A DNA stretch of 64,000 nt from Microthyrium microscopicum (taxonomy: Eukaryota). Positions 13,196 to 24,021 of this stretch are shown in pieces. Both the position numbers and the translations under genes were made by a program. The stretch is taken from NCBI GenBank assembly GCA_010405405.1, contig MU004231.1:3832884-3896883 (forward strand). The letters are read 5' to 3'. Below the pieces are notes generated by a model. The model searched no databases. It was not told the DNA's origin and saw nothing but the letters and a program-made list of their open reading frames with translations. The stretch's first letter is position 1; every line of letters starts with the position of its first letter.

Positions 13196-13633
13196 TCAAT
13201 CATCAGGCTCCCCCTCCCAGCTTTCCACCCCTTCCGGCACCTTAACGACGCCTCTCCTTGTATGTATATGAGCTGCACCCTTCCAGTCCAAACCTTCTAC
13301 CAATCCGCCCTTCACACTCAACGTCGCCTTTTCCTTGCCGTCCCCCGTACGTCCGTGGTGCATTATCCGGTTGGCACAGATTTTGCAGAAGTAGCAGTCC
13401 ATGCTGCCGCCGGAGTCCGTCGGACGCGTCCATTTCCCTAACTTTGCGGAGAGACTAGGTGAGAGGGGTAAGAGGACGGTGGCTGGGAAGATGGCAGAGG
13501 TGCCGTATGCGCTGCCTGATTGCCTTCGACATTGCTGACAGTGGCAGTGGTAGACCTTTAGAGGGCCTGAGGGAAGGGGGACTGATATGGCGGCGCATTG
13601 GCACACTATTCGCGGTGAAATTGGCTCGGTCAT
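13196..13633 (-). CDS. GFA/CENP-V (Mss4-like) zinc-binding family protein
   Basis: Cys pattern CQC...CHCQQCRRQSGS...YFCKICANR and C-terminal HIHTRRGV. Confidence 0.85.
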   Translation of the reverse strand: MTEPISPRIVCQCAAISVPLPSGPLKVYHCHCQQCRRQSGSAYGTSAIFPATVLLPLSPSLSAKLGKWTRPTDSGGSMDCYFCKICANRIMHHGRTGDGKEKATLSVKGGLVEGLDWKGAAHIHTRRGVVKVPEGVESWEGEPDD

Positions 13634-14489
13634 GCTGTGAAATACAAACTGGGCTCGTGACAGCTAGGCGCTCCTCTTTCTTTTGCTTCTTGGAGTAACA
13701 CGGTCTATTCCTCTAGAAGGGGCGCTCGCCGGATTTTCTTTGATGTCGGGCCGGTATTGTAGAGTAGATTGAGATGTGACGATGCGCTGTATCTCAGCTT
13801 CTCTTGAATGTTTCACGTGGGGTGGGGCTTGTATCACACCCCTTTGCGGCTCATTGCCAGTTGAGGTGATACTTCATGATATTCCAGGCGGCCTTCGACT
13901 AACACAACACTTTGCTGTAGTCAAAGTCCTGCCAGTGGGCCAAATGTTTTTGCAAGGCGTACAAAGAAGCTCAACAGAATTTCAAACCCGTCAACAAATG
14001 CCTACCGGGTCCCCAAAAGCTGAAGGCAATAGTAAGATTAAGGTTTCACGAGACAACTATAACCTGTAAGCCTACGCTAACGCCAGACCCAAATTAAATC
14101 TGTTTGTTGAAGACCGTAGCAATCCTAGCAATGCCCTACGATCTTGGCCGTGTTGAAACGCTCAAGCTTTCTTCCATCGGGCCATTATCAATATACATTA
14201 TGGGCACAGGCAGCCTGATGCTCATCACTTTATCGTTCCTAGGCAAAGCTTGTTTCACTCAGCTATCAATCGGTTATCGATCATAGAGGATTTCAACCTC
14301 CTCAACGTCATTATAATTTATCGTTCAGGGTTGATAGTAGCGATTTGAACCATACTTTGCTACAAGACTAAAGATGCTCAACCGAGAAAATGAAAGTTTG
14401 TATTCAAGCAATGATCAATTAATCAGCAGTGCAGGCCTTGGATCCTACATCGGATACCCCAAGACTCTCCAAAGTCTGGACGTGAAAAG

Positions 14490-16424
14490 ATGAAAGCGAA
14501 TAGATCCGCAGATTCAAATCCGAATTTACAACTGGAGGCGATTGATAATAGTCCTGCCAAGTCATCAGGATACGAAATACAGGAGCGAGACGACTATTTC
14601 CAGCCCATAACCGGCAAAGAACAGAGAGACATCGAAAATGCGATTCTACTTAGAAGAACAACCACAGACACAACAACTCGAGCCCAACTGGCTTTGGCTG
14701 CGATCAGAGGACGAAAGGTTCTAGAACGAACGGAAACAACTCAATCCTTTCTACCTTCAACCGGTCCAGATGTAATCGTGGATTTCGAAGGAGATGATGA
14801 TCCTTATAGACCGCAAAACTGGCCTTTCAAGCAGAAATGCATCACAACACTGCTGTATGGACTGACCACACTCGGCGCGTCTTTTGCAAGCGCTGTGTAC
14901 CAGCCTTGTATACATCAAGTTCGAGACCAATTCAAGATGAATCGTGATATCACCCGTCTCGGCACGGCTCTACTCATGTTCGGCCTGGGAATGGGACCTT
15001 TGCTGTGGGCACCAATCTCGGAATTTCGTGGAAGGAAGGAGACTGTCTTGATACCATACTTTATCGCTGCCATTTTTGCTGTTAGCGGTGGCGCTTCGAA
15101 AGATATAGAGACGTTGTTGATATGTCGGTTTTTCATGGGCTTCTTTGCCAGCGCTCCAATGTGCATTACGGGTGGTGTTCTCAAAGACATCTGGTCGCCC
15201 ACAGATCGTGGAATTGCATTGGTGGGATATGGTCTTTCTGTCCTGACTGGTCCTTTGCTCGGTCCAATAGTTGGTGGCGCCATCGTTTCAAGTCCTTTGG
15301 GTTGGAGATGGACACAATACGTGAGTATTATGACAGCATCTTGGAGAGCTCTCGTGCCAGCATTCACTGATTAACCAATCCTTAGATCACTGGTATATGG
15401 ATGTTCACCATGCTAGGTTTAGATCTTCTATTACTAGATGAATCATTCCCACCTGCTCTTTTGGTTTCCAAGGCTCGTAAGCTTCGCTTTGAGACGGGAA
15501 ATTATGCACTTCATGCCAAACACGAAGAAATGGATTTTAGCCCGAAAGAACTTGCTCACAAATACCTGGTTCGTCCATGGATCATGATGGTCAGTACCCT
15601 CCCTGAGTCCGTCACAATCTACGGACTGTGCTAACAACCCGTTAGTGCACTCCAATTCTATTCTGTGTCGCATTGTATTCCAGCTTTGTGTATGGGATCA
15701 TGTATGCCAACCTTGGCGCGTTCCCAGTAGTATTCCAGGAAGGCCGAGAATGGAACGCTGTTATTGGAGCCTTGCCATTCATCTCTGTACTACTCGGCGT
15801 ACTCATCGCAGCGGGCGCAAATATCGCCAATCAAGGCTATTTCAAGCGTACTCTTATCGCCAACAACAACAAGCCGCTACCAGAAGCACGATTACCTCCT
15901 ATGATGGCTGGATCAGTGGTTTTCGCCGCTGGTCTATTCATTTTCGCCTGGACATCCTCTCCGCATATCCATTGGATGTGGTCACAGCTTGGTGCTGCTT
16001 GTGTCGGCTTTGGGTAAGGACTTCCTCCTGATCATGGCAGGGAAACTCATGCCTATTATACCAAACTGGTTTCATACTGACGGCTTTTAGTTTCTTTACG
16101 ATCATACAACCTGGAATCAACTACATTGTTGACACTTTCACTGAATCCGCTGCCAGTGCTATTGCAGCCCTAACATTTGTGCGAAGTGCAGTTGCAGGAG
16201 GCCTTCCATTGGTCATCGTAGAATTGCTCAGAAATCTAGGAATTCCCAAGGGCATCAGTCTCTTTGGTGGCATAGGTGAGTTCAAACAATGCTTCTAGAT
16301 TTCTCCTCTGCCGTTGTACGGACTGACACTGGTAGCTGTGGCAATGATTCCCATACCTTTCTTCTTCTTTTTCTTCGGTAAGCGAATAAGAGCCAAAGGA
16401 AATTGGTCAAGAGGATCTATCTGA
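14490..16424 (+). CDS. MFS drug:H+ antiporter (DHA1 family), multi-exon
   Basis: Motifs VDFEGDDDPYRPQNW, GPLLWAPISEFRGRK, ICRFFMGFFASAP, GPLLGPIVGG, LGWRWTQY, ESFPPALL, PEARLPPMM. Four GT-AG introns. Stop TGA at 16422-16424. Confidence 0.9.
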
Positions 16425-17344
16425 GATACTCCAAGTAAAGAGCCTAGTAGGGTTAGTAAAGAAAGCAACAGTAGACAAGGTCAACCCACAATTCGAGCGT
16501 TGGCCAAGTCTGTTCACAGCGAAAGAAGCGGAAATCGGAAACCTCAGAGGAGAACATTCCCAGCCATGTTATATCATTCATCACCCAATGTTATCAGCTA
16601 GTGTGCATTGTGCATGGCACTAGGCGAGAGACGAAGTCCTATCTCTAGAGCCTAGACGGCTGGTCAACGGCGGTTGCGCTAGTGATGCCAAGCTGATTTT
16701 GAGCACTCTAATTCGTGGAGCCGGTTCGTACATAGGTCAATCCATGCTATCAGGCTTAGTCAGTATCCATCAGGCTGAAGCAGAAGCATATCTCATTAAG
16801 AACGCAAAACTACCAACCTTCAAGTCAAGGAAATACAGCAAATGGCCGTCTATCATTTGATTGTGATTGTAACTATACTTATGCTGATAGAACGAAATGT
16901 GTAGCCTATCCAGCCATTTCGAAGAGGATTTCCATCAGGTATGGACTGTGGGGCTTGCTTCGCATTACAGTAGGCTGTTTCCAATGTACCTACAACTGGG
17001 CAGTGCACTGCACCCTGATGCTTCTGATCACATTATTGTATATACTTAGCCACGCCAAGAACGGCCTGCATAGAATTCTCTCCAACGTACACACATAATG
17101 TGCTCCTACAAATTAGCTAGTCATTACGTGTCTGCATTATGAATGGTTCAAGCAATGCAATGATGCAGCCTTGACTCTCACCGTCCCCCACCTGTTTTCA
17201 GCCTGACGGTTCACTATGTGAGTACAAGAAGAGCAGCTCAAGCTTCCATAGTTGTTCATCCTCCGCAACATTCCACCAACAGTCCTATTTCTTCAGCCTT
17301 ACGGTCACTTCTTGATCCTATCATTTTAACGACAAATACACCTC

Positions 17345-18310
17345 ATGCCTAATACAAGTTTCCTGAGGGCCATACAAGCTCTTTTCCTTTGCCGGCTCTT
17401 TGCATTCGTCCTATCAGATGGTGTGGCCGTGGACTGGCATTGGTATCCAGACGCGACTCACAGCTGTTTAGAATCAGCAGTCCAGGTTGCAAATTGCAAT
17501 GAAGATGTCGTCGCAGATTTTAATGCTTGTGTGTGCACCAACGGAGGAAACTTTCTTGCCAACGCCTACGCATGCATCAATTCAAATGATCCAGGCGACT
17601 TGAGCAATGTATATTCCACAATGGTCGGCAACTGTGCCTACTCCAATACCCCAGTACCGTACACGCTGAATCAAATTCTTGCGCTTGGAGGCTCTGCTTC
17701 AACCACATCCAAAACAACGTCGACTACTGCCGTAGCAGCATCTACACTGAGTACGAGCACAACATCTTCAACATCTTCGTCTAAATCAACATCATCGAGC
17801 AATAAAACGTCGAGTACATCACCATCATCTCAATCTGCTTCAACTTCAACGACAGGGTCTGCAGCAGCCTCGTCATCCAGTGGTGCCAGTTCCAGCAAGC
17901 CATTGAGCAAGGGTGCGATTGCTGGTGCAAGCATTGGAGGGATAGTTGGAGGTGTCGCCCTGATGGGACTCCTGGCGGCTGGTTTACTCTGCTGTAAAAG
18001 AAAAAAGCGCAAGGCGACCGGAATTAACGCAGACGATAGACCTTTCATCCTAAACAACAATGACAGGCCAGAGTCCACCGTCACAACACTCCCCGGGAAT
18101 CCAGATATGCAACAACAACAATATGGATACGCTGGACCTGAGAGCTACGCCAAACCAGCTAACTACTACCATGCAGGCCAACAAAATTATACCGTGCCTT
18201 ATAATGGACAACAGTTTCCTCAATACGCTCACACTCCACAGAACAATGTGAACATGTCGCCAGTCGAGGCATCTGCCACGCCAGCCCCTATACATTCACA
18301 ACTTCATTAG
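17345..18310 (+). CDS. Signal peptide + six-Cys (CFEM-like) domain + S/T stalk + single TM helix + Q/Y/N-rich tail
   Basis: Hydrophobic N-terminus. Six cysteines in C-x9-C...CVC...C...C. Long S/T tract, TM LSKGAIAGASIGGIVGGVALMGLLAAGLL and stop-transfer CCKRKKRK. Confidence 0.8.
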   Translation: MPNTSFLRAIQALFLCRLFAFVLSDGVAVDWHWYPDATHSCLESAVQVANCNEDVVADFNACVCTNGGNFLANAYACINSNDPGDLSNVYSTMVGNCAYSNTPVPYTLNQILALGGSASTTSKTTSTTAVAASTLSTSTTSSTSSSKSTSSSNKTSSTSPSSQSASTSTTGSAAASSSSGASSSKPLSKGAIAGASIGGIVGGVALMGLLAAGLLCCKRKKRKATGINADDRPFILNNNDRPESTVTTLPGNPDMQQQQYGYAGPESYAKPANYYHAGQQNYTVPYNGQQFPQYAHTPQNNVNMSPVEASATPAPIHSQLH

Positions 18311-19411
18311 TAGAAAGGCCGCTGATGGCAAGTCCGACACAAGAACAGTATTTGGACAGAGAAAAAGTTGAATTATGCAGTAATTGGCAAATTTTGTCTA
18401 CTAACAATGCAATAATATAATATTTTTTCCGCTTTGTACAAGCCTCCATATTTAGACATGTATTTCGCGATGTGAATTTCTAAGAAAAATGCATATTCGA
18501 CATGAGTCGTCATAGGCTTAAATTGAGATATGGTTGGTCAAATGGCTGGGTGATTTTCGGAGGTCTTGCTGTAGTTGCCGGTGACAGATGTCCAGCCCCG
18601 TCGTTTTGTTTTGGTACGTTAGATCGGCTTAGGATTGGGCAGGAGCTCCGTGAGCCTGGCAAGTCATTGGCTAGGAATGTTAGCAAGCATGCCATGCCGT
18701 TTTGAGGCTCACTGTCCAAAGAAATGATGAAAGGAAGACATACTAAAGATATTTTATGCTTTTTGTGAGAGGCCCTTCTGAGCATGGCTGGTCCGTCACA
18801 TGTTCCTTCCTCGCGCAGATTTGTACCTTCCCTTTATCGCCATTACCACGAGGCGATGTTTACTCAGCCGATGCTAGTCACGTTGGGCATAGGTCACTTA
18901 ATTCTAGCTTCGTTTTATACATGGATGCTATCATCCAAGCTCCATCCACGCCATAAAAATGCATATATATGACAATTTATCATCTTATTCATGATGCTGG
19001 CGCATATCGATCCAGTCACCTTCATTTTCTCTATCGTTGATCATATCTCCCTAACGTCGCAGACTTTGTTACAGACTATCTCTCTGCTACAAGAACAAAT
19101 GCGTGACCAATAGTCCTGCCAAAGTCTAAAGCATTCAACTGACAAATGTGACCAACCATCAGCGAAGTATTATATCATAAACAATGACCGATAGCAAAGC
19201 ATCATAATCATCAGCACCACTTCCCTACCGACAGTAAAATTGGATTCACAGACACAGAGCGCATCTATTGGCAGAGGTTCTATGGGCCTATCATGTCACC
19301 AACTCAATATAAATCAGTGTTCCGACTTGAAATGTTCGGCCATCCTGCAGTTTATAGAACTACCAGAAACTACCCCACACGCCTGCGATAATTGCGTTAC
19401 CTATTCTTGAC

Positions 19412-20965
19412 TCAGTTGCCGTTCAGAAATCTGGCAACAGCCTCTGTAAATTGCTCAGGTTGTTCAACCATAGGCAAATGTCCTGCCCCTTCAATCTCTG
19501 CAAGAAGACTGCTTCCATCCCCATACGACGCCGCCATGTCTTTCATTGTTTTGGGTAAAGCACCGTCCGAGGCTCCAACCAAGAACATCCCTCGAACCGT
19601 AGAAGACTTCATGGCTGCCCGGAAGTCGTACTCATATAACGCCTTGACTGCTCCTTTGAAGCCTGCGAGGACATTTGTCTCAACCATGCTCTTCACACGA
19701 GCAATTTCTTGGGCCTTATCAGCATCCGTATAGCTATCTGCTGTGAACCAACGCCTGACTGTTGCTTCTGCCAGGTCCTCACCAACGATTGCAACATCAT
19801 GCTCTCCTCGTTTACCTTCTTTCTCTGCCATCTCAATTCGTTCATTCCAGGCTTTAGGGTTTCCTGGAGGGGCAAGAGCATTTGTATCACAAGAAATGAA
19901 TGCATCCAGACGGTCAGGAGATCGAAGGGCAACATTGAGAGCAGTAGCTCCACCAAGGCTCACTCCAATCACCGCAGCCGCTTTGGGTACTGTAAGTGTA
20001 TCCAAAAGTTCGATGACATCGCTAGCCAGTGTGTCAACAGTCACACCTGTGGGTCCGGTATTCTCGCTACGCCCACGCGCATTGAACCTCAAGATCTGGT
20101 ACTTCTGAGTTCTGGGGTCTTTGAAAAACACTTCAATGAACTTGTCCCAGATCCGCCAATCCACAAGGATCGAGTTTATAAGCACGATCATTGGGGATGA
20201 AGAATCGGGATGTCCCTCCAGGCGATATGGTAGAACGACGCCATCTGAGGTTGTAATGTAGGACTCAATAGCCGTGAAACCCCCGGTCTGTTTGACGAGG
20301 ACCTTTGAAAGGCCATCAGGAAAAGTAAAATCCTTTTGCGGAGAGAGATGGTCTCTTGGGGCAGCACCAAAAGTGTAGAACCTTTGAAACAATCGGTAGT
20401 CGACGTCATTTCGTGGAAGCTTCGAAAGTTGTGATTTTACTTCTTCCACTTGCGTTGGGTCAAAGGCATGCATTTGTACATCTTGAGCTGGTCTTGCGGC
20501 TTCGTACTGCGATGTTTTGAACGTTCGTGTGCTCTTCCAGCCTCTAACGCCTTGGAAATCAAAGCTAGTTGCTTCGTGAGGGCTTTCTGTGGACGAAATG
20601 GCGACCAGAAGCAGTTCATTGTCGGCTTTCAGTGAGGTTGGATGTGTGGCTTGAACGAGATCGTAGAACCTTCTAAGGATGGTAATTTGCTTCATGGTGT
20701 CCCTTTCACGCTGAGTTTGAACTGGTGGAGCTCGAAGCTTGGTATATATCTCCTTTTCTAGATTGGACATGTCTTTTATATCGTAGATGGCCATAAACTC
20801 AGGAATTAACCCGTCAATGGCTTTGTAGCGAAAGCCATTCTCCACGAAAGCCAGTCTGAGGCGGTTTGGGCCGTGTTCGTTGTTATACCAGTCATTGAAA
20901 TCATCCAGCGCAAGTGTTTCTTTCGGTTGCATAGTTACGAAGAGAACGCCATCTGGATTAGCCAT
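19412..20965 (-). CDS. Two-domain alpha/beta hydrolase: EthD-like N-terminal region + 3-oxoadipate enol-lactonase-like domain; likely 3-carboxymuconolactone hydrolase/decarboxylase (ChdA-like)
   Basis: ATG at 20965 (MANPDGVLFVTMQP...FNDWYNNEHGPNRL). The C-terminal domain has PcaD-like VLINSILVDWRIWD, RFNARGR, the nucleophile elbow GVSLGG, VGASDG and AGHLPMVEQPEQF. It lies next to the cyclase and dioxygenase genes. Confidence 0.8.
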   Translation of the reverse strand: MANPDGVLFVTMQPKETLALDDFNDWYNNEHGPNRLRLAFVENGFRYKAIDGLIPEFMAIYDIKDMSNLEKEIYTKLRAPPVQTQRERDTMKQITILRRFYDLVQATHPTSLKADNELLLVAISSTESPHEATSFDFQGVRGWKSTRTFKTSQYEAARPAQDVQMHAFDPTQVEEVKSQLSKLPRNDVDYRLFQRFYTFGAAPRDHLSPQKDFTFPDGLSKVLVKQTGGFTAIESYITTSDGVVLPYRLEGHPDSSSPMIVLINSILVDWRIWDKFIEVFFKDPRTQKYQILRFNARGRSENTGPTGVTVDTLASDVIELLDTLTVPKAAAVIGVSLGGATALNVALRSPDRLDAFISCDTNALAPPGNPKAWNERIEMAEKEGKRGEHDVAIVGEDLAEATVRRWFTADSYTDADKAQEIARVKSMVETNVLAGFKGAVKALYEYDFRAAMKSSTVRGMFLVGASDGALPKTMKDMAASYGDGSSLLAEIEGAGHLPMVEQPEQFTEAVARFLNGN

Positions 20966-21570
20966 TGCGGCGATGTGGCGCTGCACGTCCTGCAGAAAGG
21001 GATGTTGAGAGTGAATATCAGCGATATTATGCAGACAGTTAGGTTGGAAGCGACGATTTTATAGATGCAATCGAAGGCGGCATTAGTGATGTTTAGTGGA
21101 TAGCTATATCGGGGCCCATCCTTGTCGGATTGATTCCTCGGCAGTTGTCGCTCACTCACTCATTCAGCCTCACATTTATTTAAGCTGCTGTACCATCTAG
21201 TGTTTTTCTCTAATTCTGAATGTCGTATCCATCTAGATGCCTGAACTCTGTAGTATATAGATTTGACGCATCTGCTGGAGAATGTAATGAGGGCTTAGCA
21301 CAGGATTAGTCAACCAGCAGAACTTCTATGTACCTCAAATTAGGTATATGCTGTTACCGTATTCTCTACTTCATGCTACTTCCAGTCTCATATGAAAACA
21401 TATCAATGCCTTTCGGTGGCCACGCAGCCTGTTCACTAAACTGACTTGATTGATGCTTGTTAGGCTAGAGATGTGAGTTAGATGTGTAACTCTGCGTTGA
21501 GTATCGACAGTGTGCGGCCTCCATGGTTCAAACATTCATCACATTAAGGGATTTGGCATGAAAAAGCTTT

Positions 21571-21770
21571 GCACTCGATGGCAAACACATCGCACTGGGT
21601 GGGAAACACCGCACTCGGTAGGAAACATCGCACTCGGTAGGAAACATCGCACTCGGTAGGAAACATCGCACTCGGTGGAAAACATCGCACTCGGTGGGAA
21701 ACATCGCACTCGGTGGGAAATATCGCACTCGATGGGAAATATCGCACTCGATGGGAAATATCGCACTTGA
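21571..21770. repeat. Minisatellite: nine head-to-tail 19-bp units (consensus GCACTCGGTRGGAAAYATC) plus degenerate flanking copies
   Basis: Units start at 21592, 21611, 21630, 21649, 21668, 21687, 21706, 21725 and 21744. A degenerate 21-bp unit lies at 21571 and a partial unit at 21763. There are no spacers. Confidence 0.95.
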
Positions 21771-22227
21771 TATTATTTTATAAGTTTCTGCTATACCTAT
21801 AAGTTGAACTTGTCGCAACCAGAAACAATGAATACCAGTGTTCCAGTTGTCACAAACATGAGCGGACGACTGCAGCTGCTGTCTTCTGTAAAGTTGGGCC
21901 TTAGAAAGTCCGTTGTCAGTGCACGCGAAACAGGTCTACAGCGCATGACAACTCTAGTGGAGGCTGGTATCTCTTTCTGTGGAACATTTAGTTGATGAAG
22001 TTTTTCATGGTCTTGTATACTTTCTTTCTATGCTTGTGAATGTAACTATTATTTTCAGGTAAACATGCAGGTCAAATGATCAGTTGGGTAAATTCGACCA
22101 TTAACGCGAGTTGGGAAAAGTTTCTATGATCATTATCCCTAAACTCAGAATTTGATCGATTACATTGGGAAACGATGCTTTTAAAAGTGATTTGGAGTGT
22201 CTAGCTTTCTGTGTCTTCTTTTTGTGT

Positions 22228-23454
22228 TCAGTCGTACCACACAGCATTCATTCCAAATCCAGGCTCCTTCACGTCACAATGAGCCACTCGAGCTAACCAT
22301 TCACCATCCCATCGATAGATTTCAAGCCAGCCTTGTTCATCATCAGTGAGAGCTAACCATTCATCACTCCAGTCGCAAGGAACAATTGCATTGCTATGAC
22401 CACCGCTTGTAGGCGTTGGACTTAGACACATTTGTCTTTGGATTGATCCATCAGCATTGAGTGCAAAGGCAGATATGTAGCCTGTAACAGCTGAACTATT
22501 GGATCTTGCTGTAGCGAAAAGGTATTTACCACTATGCGATATTGCTACCACATCAGCTCGATACATTTTGGGGTTGCGTTCAAATAGTACTGACAGGTTA
22601 GATTGATCGAGCGTTGTGGTTGGAAATCTTACTCTTAGGTACTAGTGGATATGATTTACCAGTGTATTCAGGCATATGAGTGTCTTTGGAGATCTTGTAG
22701 ACCCCTAGGGTGTTACCAGCTTCCATAAGAGCGTAGAGAAAATCTCCACTTGGATGCATTTCTACCCATCGAGGAGCATCGTGGTGTTTAGGGGCATCTT
22801 CGCTACCAACGAGGGTTAAAAGACCTGTTTCTGGATCTTTTTGATGACACCAGATCTTGTTTGCCCACATGTCTGCTGAATACAAGTACGACTCTGAGGG
22901 ATCGAAAACCATTCCATGGATAGCGGTTTCTGGTGAATATTCGTAGTTCTGGACGCTTTCTTGAAGGCCACCTGATTTATCTACTGAGAAAACATTGCCA
23001 TATCCAGCATAGTCGTAGAAAGGATTTCCATAGACGTTGAAAGGAGGTTTTTGGGCGGCAAGTACAAAGATTGCTCTGGTTTTAGTTGATGCGTCATTTG
23101 CTCGAGCTGAGTATAATCAGGATTTGGAACTTTATATTGCTTTGAAGAACATACCATCCCCTCCCATGGAATGAGATGAATGATGTTTAATGGAAGTTGG
23201 GCTTTGGACAGTAAAGCTATTCCATTTCTTCATTGCAGCTCCATATAATGTTGTTTTTTCATGCTGAGAATGATTAGAATGTTATGCAACACTTGTCGTG
23301 AATAGCTTACATTCAAGGTCATCCATGATATGGGTTCAGCCTCAGGTATTGCTGTACGAGCAATAAGCTTCAAATCGAAAGATTCATCATCAAATTCGAA
23401 GCTAAAAATAGCCCCTGGTGGAGTCCAGGTTCCAACAAACAAGTGATGCTTCAT
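22228..23454 (-). CDS. cmcA: 3-carboxy-cis,cis-muconate lactonizing enzyme (carboxymuconate cyclase, beta-propeller), 4 exons
   Basis: MKHHLFVGTWTPPGAIF, EPISWMT, IHGMVFDPSESYLYSAD, APRWVEMHPSG, LMEAGN, YRADVV, PTPTSGGHSNA and EPGFGMNAVWYD closely match the Neurospora-type CMLE as recalled. Confidence 0.93.
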
Positions 23455-24021
23455 GGTGGTGATTGATAGATTGTAGAGACAGTTACAGACATCCAATAGT
23501 GAATATTATCCATCGCATATATTCTTACCCGGGCAGAGAGGCAGCATGGATATCTAGCCAGTTAGCTTGCAGGTGGGAGCCAGTAAAAGTCCCGGCCGGA
23601 CTGCCGCGGTCGTTTGATATACTGGCTCAGACCAGGATGATAGTTCGGAAAGCTTCAGAGCTATCGGATACCATCGGCACCTGTTGAGGGGTTGATTCAT
23701 TTCTTCTTGAATGCTATTGATCAATTTTGTGATTGGGGTTTTCTGTGTCGTATCCGAATTGCGCAAGATGGAGGTGTTGGTGGCCAACAGAGCTACCTAT
23801 TAGATCCGACTAGCCGACCTAATTGCCGTCAGTATAAAAATGGTTTACACAACGGCAAATGTCGCCAGTAATCGTGTACGGATATAAACTGCGAGCGCGC
23901 TACTAACTGCAGTTGATTCATCCACAGCCTTCCAAATCAGTTCAATCCGTCTTTGATCTATCTTTTAACCTGTAAACTTCACCTCTTCCAGTTACCAGCA
24001 CAGTAAGCTCGAGTCTACACA
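23455..24021. promoter_or_regulatory. Divergent promoter shared by the cyclase and dioxygenase genes; CGG/CCG-rich, with TATA-like boxes
   Basis: 567 bp between divergent ATGs. Clustered CGG/CCG triplets at 23591-23609, ~23645, ~23664, ~23674, ~23754, ~23805 and ~23813. TATAAA at ~23833 and ~23884. Confidence 0.55.

Noticed and set aside
13196..16424. GFA protein and MFS transporter as members of the aromatic cluster
   Set aside because: They are separated from the cluster by an unrelated gene, and the transporter is DHA1-type; the sequence gives no evidence of a functional link.
21528..21818. Repetitive ORFs (FPTECDV.../RVRCFPPSAM...) and a CRISPR-like appearance
   Set aside because: Three overlapping frames are by-products of the 19-bp tandem repeat. 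There are no unique spacers or cas genes, and the context is eukaryotic.
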